DNA of 64,000 nt, from positions 116,994,001-117,058,000 of the forward strand of contig OZ336870.1 in NCBI GenBank assembly GCA_965287045.1. The letters are read 5' to 3'. Shown here piece by piece: positions 13,059 to 25,243 of this stretch. The position numbers and the translations under genes are program-made. Under the pieces are notes generated by a model. The model was not told where the DNA came from. It was given only the letters and a program-made list of their open reading frames with translations, and made no database searches. Source of the DNA: Carcharhinus amblyrhynchos. Its lineage: Eukaryota. Position 1 is the stretch's first letter. Each line of letters opens with the position of its first letter.

Positions 13059-13574
13059 AATTGGGAAGATAGGGAGGACTCCAAAAGGAAATTCCATTCT
13101 CTGCAACTTGTTTACTGTAACTTCAATTACAAAATATCAAGTAACAGTGCCAGAATAATTGAATTTGAGAACAAAATGGTCTATGTAGTGAAAAAAACCT
13201 CTGCAGAGAGACAACAGGTAGCATAAGGTCTATGCTTGCTAAAAAATAAACACCAACATTGTCTGAACCTTTAGTATACAAACTTAGCTTTAAGAATCCA
13301 ATTTCAGCCATCCAGGCAAATTAATTAGTCACACAATTAATTTTTATAGGTGAGGCACTGCTTCTGGAGGGGAATGTGAAAGCTTGTCTTCGGAGTTTGA
13401 GTTTTCTTTCCCCCCCCGAACATGGGACCCAATATAAAGTTGACATATCAGATCTTACAGCTGCCATTTTACTTTGCTGCATTCGTCATTACCGCAGCAG
13501 TCAGGTCCCGTGCAAAATCAGGACAACAGTACAATGTAACATTTCACCCCTTCACTAAACTTGTATAAACTTAC

Positions 13575-13684
13575 GTGAGGGCCTGAGAATAATTGTAGTA
13601 CTGGGAAACGCCAAGGAATTTCTGCACACCATCCATTACAGCAGCAGGGTCAGTTCTCAGCTTGTGCCCATCTATAATGTGTAA
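13575..13684 (-). CDS. ndst3: NDST3/4 exon (110 bp)
   Basis: Read manually. ttttag|TTA CAC...CTC AC|gtaag. Translates [36 protein letters not shown](T). Confidence 0.95.
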
Positions 13685-16338
13685 CTAAAACCAGTTTCAG
13701 TCAGATAATGTTACAGGACAATCAATCCATTAAAATACAAACACAAGCTCAAAGTAAAAACAGAAATAAAATATAACCATCAACATCTGCCCGGTTGCCA
13801 ATTTGGCAGCATAGGGATTTAGATGCCTGTTTCACACTTGTGGTGAGGGGGAAGTGAAATAGTGTGGCTGCAAGACATGAGTTGATTTTCTATCTTAGGC
13901 TAGACTTCCTTTGGCAGGTAGCAGTGAATTTACTGCCATCGGTTTGACAAAAAAAATCTCCTGCTCTCAATTCCACAACGATTTCCCAGATGGCCAGGAA
14001 TAGCGAATCTATATTTATTAAATCCTGAGGAGCAGGTAGGATTTGATATTGCAACTGTGTGTGGGCTGGCAAAAAATAGTCTTGGCTGTCAAAAGTTATA
14101 ATTAATACTGATGTAACTTTTTAATTGCTTCATAATAATTGGTAAAAGGATTCAAAAGCTACTAAGGAGACAATTGCATTGTCTCCTTGCCAACGATAAT
14201 GTTATACTGCTTTTGCCCCATTGATGTGGAACAGGTTTTACTTCCCAGTGCAAAAACTAAAACCTGACTGCAGCAAACCTGGTGGTCAAGGTCAGGCGTG
14301 AAGAGTTGCTGCCATGGCACTTTGTGCCAGGGACATGGGTAAGAAGCAAAACTTCTCAAATTTCACAATCAAAACTTAGAAAATACAAAAATGATCCACC
14401 CAATTGATCTGCACCTTTTCTTAAACTTCAAGGCAACAATTTTTTGAGAACAGAAAGATCCCAGGTTTTGAGCAGAACTCCACCACGTCACTCATGGCAA
14501 TAGGATCAGATGGTGCGATTATGTCAGTGCAAGTTTATATGGCCTTCTTTCACAGCAGCTATCAAAAATCACACAGGTGTAAATTAGTCCCTGTTTTTTA
14601 ACCTGTGCGATAAAGACCATGTGATTCATTGCAAGTTCTCCACACACAGAGGCATTGGATCGACATCAATTTTACCCTGACTCTCTCAGTACAGGCAATG
14701 GGACAGATCAGGTGGTGTGACATTGCGAATGCTGATTATTCCTTTATAAATAGACTTAACTTCTTTCTCAATCTGCAGTGGTAACTTCCCCAGTGATACT
14801 TTGTGAGACAAAATTCTTAGGAGGCAGCTCTCAAACTAAGAGGAATGCCAGTGATAAGTGTGAGAGAAAGGGCTACAATAAATAATGGGGGAGGGGGGAA
14901 TTGGAGAGTTGGAGATGCAATACAGCACCTCCTACTTGCAGAGGAAGTTTCTTCAAATATTTATTTGTTAAGGCCTTTTTGAGGTGTTTTGTCCTTGTGC
15001 AATAGAGGCTGGAATTCTGTTCTGTTCATCACGAGCCAATTTGGTAGATAGGGTCACAAACAACTGGTAGGTCTCTTCTGTACACATATAAGGGATCTAC
15101 CATCTAAAAAATGACTAGCCCTAATAGATCAGAGCCTTGGGGCCCAGAGCATTGCCAGCCTATTTTACATCCATAAGAAAAGAATAAGGAGGATCAATTT
15201 CTCCCGACATGTTTGTCAGAGTACATAACCAGAGCAAATTGCTTGCAAGAGTAAATGTTGCCTGACAGGACAGCGGAAATAACGGCCTTGATATTCACCC
15301 CAAACATGGATCAATGAGGGTCAGATGGGTCCAAAGAGTTAAACACCTAAAGTGTGTTCTCCACACTTTGTCAATCCACGCTCGCCTGCTATCTTTTGTT
15401 CTGGCAGATGTTAAGGCGTCCAAGTATCCCATATTGAGAGGTGGAATAACTAATATAGCAGACTACTCCTCTCAGGCCTCTAGGAACTCTTTGATCTCCT
15501 CCAGCCTTGATTGCCAATCCTCCCCAGCCTCCAGCCTTCCCAACGACCGATCTCCCTGACTAAAAAGATTACAAACTCTCCCTCTACCCATGTACAGCCT
15601 CAACCTCCCGTTCTGATGGTGTGATCATTTCCCCTCATGATTGCCAGGGAGTGCATTCAAGGCTCCTTGGTCGTGACTTCCTTCCTTCCCACCTGCAGGT
15701 CAGGCTGCTGGACAAGAACAAAACATTTATTAATGAGGTCTGGCTGCCTAGTTTGCCTAACTCTGCATTACAGGTAACACCAGTTGCTGTCTTTAGCCTC
15801 CTTACACCTTCTCCTAATTCTGTAATTACTGGAGCCATAGAATCTACAATATTGTAAAGAGGTGCCAGCTGCTATTCTGATTCTAGAAGATGTATTACAT
15901 TAAGACTACATAGAAAAAGCTACAGCACATTCCTTACACAGATGAAGGCAGTGATATTGCAAGTTGTCAAGTGTCTGACTCTGAAGCAGAAAATCATATA
16001 GTTGGGTTCTAGGGCAACTGGTCACTAAACACCCTATTTCTCACCAGCTCTCAGATGGCTTACTAGCTAAAATGCCACCAAAGAGGCTAGGAACACAATG
16101 GGGACTGCGAAAAAAAAAATCAATCAGACATCTTTTAATCATGCTTAACACGAGCAGTGTGGATGGCCATCATAAGCACTTTTGTGAATTAACTGTATCG
16201 TCCTTCCAGACAGTGAGGAGGATATAGGATAGTGCAAAGGCATTGAAAAATGCAGCGTCAATTAAGACATTATTGAGAGAGAAATAACATATCACTTGTA
16301 ATTAAAGCAGATGCTTCTTGCCTACTTAAAGTGCTCAC

Positions 16339-16509
16339 CTGTCTAGTCGGGTAGTACGTTAGCCACCTTTCGATATGAGCTGCATACCAGCCAGGCACCA
16401 GACATCGATTGTGCAGGGCCCGAAGCTCAGGAACAGCCCGCCGACCTGCTGTGATCACCTCATAAAAACTATATCGAAGGGCAGCAGGATCTTCGTGAGC
16501 TCGCTGGTG
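16339..16509 (-). CDS. ndst3: NDST3/4 exon (171 bp)
   Basis: cacag|CAC CAG...AGA CAG|gtgag. Translates [57 protein letters not shown]. Confidence 0.96.
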
Positions 16510-16611
16510 CTGTGGGCATCAGAAAAGATGGAAAATTCAATAGTGATCTTGCATAAGTTAAAAGAGAGGGCGTTGAACATTGGCCTGAGGAAGCAGAATG
16601 GTCACGGTTAC

Positions 16612-16786
16612 CTGGTACCAGGAGTAGGCCCGATCTGAAGGGTTGATGAGAATGGTGATTATTTTCACCTTTGGCAAGAGGGCTGCGGCTCGTTTTGGAG
16701 CGTCCTCGGAGTGGAAGTAGTTTGCACTTTTCTCAAACAAGAAGTCGGTGGTCACATTGGAAGGGATAGGAAAAAAATTCATATAC
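16612..16786 (-). CDS. ndst3: NDST3/4 exon (175 bp), contains 3'-PB motif
   Basis: tgtag|G TAT ATG...TAC CAG|gtaac. Translates (W)[58 protein letters not shown]. Confidence 0.96.
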
Positions 16787-19700
16787 CTACAAAATTAGAA
16801 GAGTAAATTTTCATTATTATGATTGCATTATCTAGAGATTGCAGTACTGCAAACTAGAACTATAACGCTTTGTCTCAGAATTGCTAGCACAATACGATCT
16901 TTAATCTCTCCTGTGTCCGTTGGCTGAACTGCCTGCCCTTCATCACATCCAGGGAATGTTGTTTAAAGGTAGGAAAGATTTGTATTTGTACAATGCTCTT
17001 GATAATCAGTGGACATCTCAAAGTGCTTTGCAGCCCATGGTACTTTTGAAGTGCAGTCACTGCTGTAATGCAGGAAATTCAATAGGCAGGGGGAGAATTA
17101 AAATAAGTATAAAAATGTCCATGTATCTTCCAGAAAGTTTTGAGTACAATATGATTCTTGAATGGACTGATGGTTCCTTACCTACTTGGAAAAACTAGAC
17201 AAAAATATGCTGGTGGGGTTCTCTGGTCCTGCCAGCAGTGGTCCCCACCTGTGGGTTTCCCACATGCGTGGGGTGACATCAACGGGAATTCCCATTGACA
17301 GTGGTGCGACCAGAGAATCCTGCCATTAGCAAACAGTGTGCCACCTCCCACTGGCAAGAAGCATGCAGCTGGGAGGCTGGAGAATCTCACTCAGTTTCTG
17401 ACAATTGGAAATCTGATTTCAAATAATGAAGAATTTATTGTAAATTTTTGGTGACTGTCAGTGAGGAGAGAGCTCACAGTATCCAGAGACTGAGCTCCAT
17501 AGAGAAGGAAAGTGAAGATGTCATTCTAGTTAGGGAAGACATAATCATAGTTGTTTGCTCACTAAGTGATTATGAATGTTAATGTACACTTGAGAACAAT
17601 GTAGTCCAAAATCTCTTTGACAACATAGGTATAGTAGTAGGGTCCATTAGCTGATAGAAAGAAAACTAAAATGGGACCCAGATTTGCTGGGCCCCCAATC
17701 CATACAGCCAGTCCCTGATGGCAGCTTGGAGTGAGTGGAAACTCTGTCCATCCCACCCATACCCTATTACATCAGAGGAGGTGAGTCACGGGAAGGAATG
17801 TTCCACACTACAAATGTCTTCAGCTCTGGAACTAATTTATCACTGGAGGTTAATATTCCTTCCGCACACATTGATTTAGATGGCCAGAATTCCTGGAAAT
17901 TGGCAGGGTCTCATTTACGCACGTTACTCCAGCTGCAAATGAAAGTCCCTGACATCATTTTTGGCTCTACCCATGTAGCTATTCCCGGTTTCTCACCCCA
18001 CCCACAAACCTTGGGCTGGGGCACAGCTATCTCCTCTGGTATGAAAAAGGATCCGTAGTTGCAGTCAGGGCAAGCTGACTGAAGTTCAATATTACTGCAG
18101 CTGCTAGTGTGTTTTGACACTTAAAGGCTGCCATAGTTGAAAAAAATACTTCCCCAATGGTAAATGCTCTGCTTTGTCTAACTCCCATACTCTTTATTCG
18201 AAGGCACAATGTATGTCAACTGCCCTGTTGGTTTGCCTGCCTTTCTGACTGATGAGCTGCCTGTAAGGAGCATGATCAGCACTGGCATCTATTCAATGCA
18301 AGTTAGGCCCATTCATGAAAATTGATCAGGCCCCCTGCTAACCTTATTGAACATTAGGATCCTGCTGATCTCATTGGTGTTACGTGTGAACAGTATTCAA
18401 GTCAATGCAATTGAAAATTGGGACAGTTGGAAAATGGGCTGACATTTCACAATTGACTGTTTCACACTTTGCCCAAAGTTAATCTTACCCCCAGTATAAC
18501 TTTGAGTTTCAAGTTAGATTGAAAGGGTTGAATACCCCCACCGCAGGGGATACAGAAACTGGTTGAATTTCCATGGGTTTTCCCTCGCCAAGTATGGCAG
18601 AAGATCCATGAAAACTTCAGGGAAATGGGGTTGGTGGCATTCCCTGAGTTTTCCATGGATCTTTTGCCGAAGCTATGATAGATAATCAGGAGAGCCACAG
18701 CTGAATATTATTGGTGACCTTCTTAAAGAATATCTACTAAAATTAAGCTTTAGGAATAGACGGTCACCAAGTACTTTATTGAAACACCCATAAGAGCATA
18801 AGAATATGCTTAAAAGTACAGTCTATTCCACAAAACCTATTTCAATCTATTAAGGAAACATACTACAAAGTTTTTTTTTGATGACCCCAACATTAATAAA
18901 TGAAATGCCAGACTATCTTTTCATTCCACGTTTATGTCATTCAACCCTGGTCAAAGCTACCACTGCATTCCATGTACTATTTGATTATCTGTGCTGTTCT
19001 TATCCCTACAGCCATCAATTCTATTCTAACCACATATTTTTTCCATTTCGTTTCTGAGGAAGGATTACTTGACATAGGGCCAACTCATTTTGCTGCTAGT
19101 GCATTCCACTATGCTGAAAGGATTTCTTTTACTCACAATACCGCGTCTTATTTGAGGCTTATTAATTTTGTATGAGTCCTTTAGTTCTGAGGTCGCAGTC
19201 AAAGTTAAATGGCTTGTATAAATCTTCACCATTTATGCTCCTCATCATTTTTGCTACAATTCCTTCCTGTTAATTATCCCCAGTGAAAATAAGTTTAATC
19301 AGTATCTCTGAAAAATTTTGACTTTTGAGTCTGGTATCACCTTTGTTGCTTTCCTCTGAACCGTTACAAATGCAGCAATATTATTGTGAAGATTCAGGGG
19401 CTGGATTTTCAAAGCAGGATCAGGAACCTGTAACCCAGATAATGTGCAAGCCAAAACCCTGCAACGCAACAGCATCACTCATGCAATGCTATTCTAAAAT
19501 GTAAATGTTCTAACTGGGCCAAGGCAAGCTCAGTGCCGAATTAGTGGCACTGAGCATCTCCAGAAAGTAGGAGGAGTTACTTGCAGAGTGTGAACAGTAA
19601 ACAAAGATGACACCATAATGGAGCCTGCCATGGCCTTGCTGAAGAGAAGAGGTAGCATCTCAAAGTGTCAGCCGCATACACGTTCATGAGTGGCCACATG

Positions 19701-19977
19701 ACAAAATGGAAGGTAACGTGTACAATCTGGCAGAAGATTCCACAAGGTTCGATACTTTCCACTGTACAAAATAAACTTTCACCTCTCCCTGCTTTGAACA
19801 CAAGAACTATGTAGTAACATGCCCCAGACTGTGCAGGTTGTTGCGTCCACATTTGAAAACTGCATTCCCACCCTCCCCAACCCATTAACAAATTCCTCGA
19901 TGATCTTAATGGGCCTTTAATTGGGGGTGAGAGGGTGCCCACTCAAACCCTCCCTTTATAAATCAGAGTCCATTGAA

Positions 19978-20241
19978 GAATAGAATTCCTGCAGTGCAGG
20001 AGGCCATTTGGCCCCTCAAGTCTGCACCGACTCTCTGATAGAGCATTTTATCCATCCCCGTAACGTATTGACCCCATTAATTCCCCTAACCTACACATCT
20101 TGGGACTGTGGGAGGAAACTAAAGCACCTAGAGGAAACGCACACAGGCACGGGGAGAATGTGCAAACTTCACACAGTCATCTAAGGCTGGAATCAAACTC
20201 TGGTCTCTTGTGCTATGAGGCAACAGTGCCATCGTGCTCCC
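19978..20241 (-). mobile_element. HE1/V-SINE-type SINE
   Basis: Reverse complement of the V-domain and tail. Confidence 0.85.
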
Positions 20242-21100
20242 CATCAGAATGCAAACATGCCCTTTGGCAATGTGCTCCATAAATCCAGCCTCCATCCATT
20301 CTCAAACCCACTATCAATTGAAAATTCACTTTAAGTTTTCAAAACGGCACACAAAATTCTAAATGCAAGAATGACATTGAGTTGCTTTCATTACATTTTA
20401 AGGAAATTGAGTTGATTTTGTCTCTGCAAGTTCTGTGGCAAACACCAATACTTAAAAATTACACAACAGAATCATATTTCATCACTGCTGCCACCCCACC
20501 TCCCCCCTCCACCCACACACACACACACTTTCTTTTGCTCGTCTCAGGCCCATGGCAATCAACAAGTAATCACCTCCTCGACTTAACAGAGATGACGCAG
20601 GTGTGAATGTGACTACTACGCTTGAGAATGTTACAGAGCCTGAAATCCCAGCTGAAGGTAACAGATCACAAAGTCCAATGATCTTCATCTCTGAGAGGTC
20701 AGAATTGGAAAGATGCCTCAGTGTCAACATTGGAATGGCTCATTTGAGAATTCAAAACAATCATTCAAGAAACAAAACAAGTTCCAAGAGTCTGTTTCAT
20801 TCAATGCAAGATAATATTGACAAATTCAGTAGAGAATAGTTCATATACTTGCCAACAACCAATTGCGTTTACTGTTTTGTCCTCAAGCTCTTCTCAATAT
20901 CAGCAACAGCACTGGCTAGTGATGACCTTAATGATTAGCAAAACCTCGCTAGAATTCAAAATCATGAGAATTCTGAGGATCAGAGAAAAGCTTTGTTTAC
21001 ATATCTGACAAGGCAATGTGGTCTAATCTTCAATTCACATCAAGAAGGAACAGGGAAAAAGGGGGCAAGAGGTATGTATTTTGAACATGATTATGTATCA

Positions 21101-21436
21101 GGATGGCAAGGTTGCACAGTGGTTAGCACTGTTGTTTCACAATGCCAGGGACCTGGGTTCGATTCCCAGCTTAGGTCATTGAGTGTGTAGAGTTTGCAGA
21201 TTCTCCCCGGACTATGTGGGTTTCCTCTGGGTGCTCTGGTTTCCTCCCAGAATTCAAAGATGTGCGGGTTAAGTGGATTAGCCATGCTAAATTGCCCTGT
21301 AGTGTTAGAGGGACTAGCTCGGGTAAATGCATACGGTTATGGGGTAGGGCCTGGGTGGGATTGTGGTCACTGCAATCTTGATGGGCCAAATGGCCTCCTT
21401 CTGCACTGTAGTATTCTATGGTTCTATTTTATGATT
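21101..21436 (+). mobile_element. HE1/V-SINE-type SINE, full length
   Basis: A and B boxes (GGTTCGATTCC), V-domain, CR1-type tail. Confidence 0.9.
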
Positions 21437-22344
21437 TTATGTACACATGGATTAATTATCAGGAGGCAATGAAAAATTTTGATTGCTACATAAGGGAGCT
21501 TTTTTGGCTTGATAGAACTCACTGCTAAGCTTGGTCTATTTCTTTCCAGTCACATAAAACATTATAGAAGCAATGGATCTGTGAGGCCTTCATACTTGTC
21601 TGAAACAATGGCAGAATTCTCCCTAAAAATAACGAAGTGCTGCTGCAAGCAGGGAAGCTGGAATTTTAGTGCTGACAGCGATTGTCAAGTGGCATTTAAC
21701 CACTTTTAGTTTTTAAAATATGCACAGAGTGAAGCATGCCAGCTCACCCATCTTCACAGAAATCACAGTGCCATATTAAAAGGGCACCCCGATCTCAGAG
21801 ACATGGAACATGCCCTTACCCTGTCCCCATGGAAACATCAACCCCCCCCCTCCCTTCCCACCCCCTGCTGTTAAGAGCATCAACCCCAGCCCATTATCAC
21901 CGAAGGGCCATCTCCTTCCTACCCCTGAATGAACAAGTTCCACTTCCCCCACACACCATGCAGGCATAAGGCTGCCCCCCCCCCCAGTAACAGGCCCGAC
22001 TCTTCAACCTCCCCCGCCCTCCCCCAACCCTCCACCCCATCAGAGTTACACACTGACATAAGGTCACCAAATACTCAGCCCCTCTCAGGCCATCCTTGAG
22101 ACTCCACACTTTGACAGTGCCATCCTGGAGAGAAATAAGCACACATATTCCATGTGCTGGACATTCACTGAATCTTGTTGATCATGCTGCAGGTTATTGC
22201 TGCCTCGTCACAGTAAATCCTTTTGCTGTTGTAAACAAATACACTCATTCTTCTCTGCCTCGACAAAACACTGGACAGCACTCCAGTCATTCTTGGGTCC
22301 TGAGTCCACTGCACCAAAAGATCTCTCTGACACCAGGTGGGAAA

Positions 22345-22523
22345 TGATATGGAGATGCCGGCGTTGGACAGGGTAAACACAGTAAGAAGTCTCACAACAA
22401 ACAAGGTTAAAGTCCAACAGGTTTATTTGGTAGCAAACGCCACTAGCTTTCAGAGCGCAGCTCCTTCTTCAGGTAACTTACCTGACGAAGGAGCAGCGCT
22501 CTGAAAGCTAATGGCGTTTGCTT
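22345..22523. mobile_element. Short Penelope-derived palindromic insertion with 13-bp TSD and hammerhead motifs
   Basis: Direct repeat accaggtgggaaa at 22332-22344 and 22524-22536. 45-bp inverted arms at 22432-22476 and 22478-22522. Homologous to the terminus of the Penelope element at 49262-49350. Confidence 0.85.
22440..22476 (-). ncRNA. Minimal (Penelope-type) hammerhead ribozyme motif
   Basis: Minus strand UUAC-CUGAAGA-A-GGAGC(UGC)GCUCU-GAAA-GC-UA-GUGG: conserved CUGANGA and GAAA boxes, stem II, palindromic AGCU stem III, CUA cleavage triplet, stem I UUAC/GUGG. Confidence 0.6.
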
Positions 22524-22664
22524 ACCAGGTGGGAAACACATACGTAAAGTTTAAAGTTTATTTATTAGTGTCACAAGTAGGTTTACATTAACATTGCAAT
22601 GAAGTTACTGTGGAAATCCTCTAGTAGGCTCATTCAGTCATAGCTGAGAGTTATGGTTCAATTA

Positions 22665-23246
22665 TAAGAACATAAGAACATAAGAAATAGGAGCAGGAGT
22701 AGGCCATCCAGCCCTTCGAGCCTGCCCCGCCATTCAATAAGATCATGGCTGATCTGTCGCTGCTCAGTTCCACTTTCCCGCCCTCTCCCCATAACCCTTA
22801 ATCCCCTCTCCTATCAAAAACCCATCAACCCGCGTCTTAAAAATATTTAGCGAGGCAGCCTCCACCACTTCAACGGGCAGAGAATTCCAGAGATTCACCA
22901 CCCTTTGAGTGAAGAAGTTCCTCTTCAACTCTGTTCTAAACCGCCCTCCTTTTATCTTGAGGCTGTGCCCCCTAGTCCTACTGTCTTTTTTGAGCGGGAA
23001 GAGTCTTTCCACCTCTATCCTATCCATCCCATTCATCATCTTATACGTCTCAATGAGATCTCCTCTCATTCTTCTAAACTCTAACGAGTACAAGCCCAGT
23101 TTATTCAGCCTCTCCTCATAGCTCAACCCCCTCAACTCCGGTATCAGCCTAGTAAACCTCCTCTGCACTCCCTCCAAGGCCAAAATATCTTTGCGCAGGT
23201 GCAGCGCCCAAAACTGCACACAGTACTCCAGCTGCGGCCTAACCAA
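22665..23246 (-). mobile_element. Young 5'-truncated CR1-type LINE with uninterrupted ORF2 C-terminus
   Basis: ORF 22764-23246 VRPQLEYCVQFW...RGDLIETYKMM...RVVNLWNSLP has no stops or frameshifts. Tail of taagaaca repeats at 22665-22690. Confidence 0.95.
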
Positions 23247-23479
23247 TGACGATGAAAAAAGGTGCTACAAGGAGACAAACCGCCATTCTACAGGAGAAAG
23301 GGGAGAAATTTAGAGTTTGTGTTTACGTTAGAACTTTGGAATCATTTGTTAGATCGGTCCCACAAAACCAGCCAGTCTCTACAGGATCCAAAGTACATGC
23401 ACAAAGATTTACAGGTCACTTTCTCACTTCTTGAAGGAAACCCAAGAAAGTTTTGATGAAATTGAACTCAAAGCAAAAG

Positions 23480-24812
23480 AAAACTTGCCTGATGCGGGTT
23501 GTCAAGATGTGATGAGTAGAGTCATGCAGAAGTCTGTGCTGGGGCCTTAACTTGTTACAACTTATGTCAATGATTTAGTTAAGGAAGGAAAAACATGGTG
23601 GCAATTTTTTTTTTGATTTGACTTATTGTTGTTGCATGTATTAGTATACAGTGAAATGTACTGTTTTTTGTGTGCTATACAGACAAAGAATACTGTACAC
23701 AGAGAAGGAAAGGAGAGATTGCAGAATGTAGTGTTACAGTCATAGCTAGTGTGTAGAGAAAGGTCAACTTGAGACGAGTTAATTGGAAGGCTTAAAGAGT
23801 TAGAATAGAGTTTTAGAAGCATAGAACAGGAGTAAAATGTAGAAATAGAGATTATGCTGGGCACAGCTTGCAAGATGTTGCCACGCTCCAGAGCCATCTT
23901 GAATTTACAGGTGACACAAAGATAGGTAGAAAAGTATGTTGTGAAGAAGACATGAGGTTACAGGCTGATACAGATAGGTTGAGTGACTGGGCAAAAATCT
24001 GGGGGACGGAATACAATGTGGAAAAATATGAAGTTGTTCACTTTGACAGGAAGAATAAAAAAAGAATACAACTTAAATTCTGTGGTGGAAAAGGATCGAG
24101 GTGATCTAGTGCTTGAGTTATAACAGGTTATTATGCAGGTTCAGCAAGTAATCAATAAGGTTAATTGAATGCTATCTTCTATTACTAGAAGAATTGAACA
24201 TAGTAAGGGTGTTACGTTTCAGTTATACAGGACATCAGTGAAACCACAACTTGAATAGTGTGTGCAGTTTATGTCTCATTATTTAAAGAAGGATGTAAAT
24301 GAGTTGGACATGGTTCAGAGGAAATAGACCAGGTTGATGCATGGAATGAGCATGTTGTCTTATGAGGAGAGTTTAGACATACTGGGTTTGCTTCCTCTGG
24401 AGTTTAGAAGAGTGATGGGTGACTTGATTGCAATATATAAGATCTCAAACAGTCTTGACCAGTTGTATAGGAAAGGATACTTCCTCTTGCGGGTGAACCA
24501 GAACTAGGGAGCACTATTTGAAAATTAGGGGTTGTCCTTTTAAGAGAGAGGAGGAGAATTTTTTTTCTTTGTGGGCTGTGCAACTTTGGAACTCTGTTTC
24601 AGAAGATGATGGAAATGAGGTCACTGAATATTCTGAATTATTGAAAGTGGAGGTAGATTGATTCCCTTGCCTAACAAGAATCGAAGGTTACTCGGGGTAG
24701 ATGGGGAATGTGGAATGTGAGACATAAACAAGTCAGTCATGATCTTATCGAATGGCCTATTTCTTGCAGGCTCAAGGGGCTGAATGGCCTAAATTAACTC
24801 TCATTGCATATG
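23480..24812 (+). mobile_element. CR1-type LINE, degenerate, with a Rex1/Babar-like tail inserted at about 23605-23780
   Basis: FTGDTKIGRKVCCEEDMRLQADTDRLSDWAKIWGTEYNVEKYEVVHF is a CR1 RT C-terminal half. The insert matches 28525-28680. Confidence 0.85.
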
Positions 24813-24936
24813 TAGGCCTCAAGTGTGTGAATAAAAGGAGAAAAATGAAAAAAAAAAGTCAATGATGGTAATGCATCAAATGATGTTGAAATGTTTTCAT
24901 CAAGAGACAAGCGTTGAATTAAACTAGGGCGAATTA

Positions 24937-25243
24937 GGGCGGCATGGTGGCACTGCTGCCTCACAGCGCCAGGAGTCCGGATTCAATTCCGGCCTCTGAT
25001 CTGTGTGAAGTTTGCACATTCTCCTGTGTTTGTTTGGGTTTCCTCCGAGCACTCAGGTTTCCTCCCACACTCCAAAGATATGTAGGTTAGATAGATAGGC
25101 CATGCTAAATTGTCCTTTTGTGTTAAAAATGTGTAGGTTGGGGGATTAATGGAATAAATAATGTGGGATTTTGGGGATAGGGTGCAGGTTGAGATTGTTG
25201 TCAGTACAGGCACGATGGGCTGAATGGTCTCCTTTATTCCTAT
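24937..25243 (+). mobile_element. HE1/V-SINE-type SINE
   Basis: tRNA head, V-domain and tail. Confidence 0.85.
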
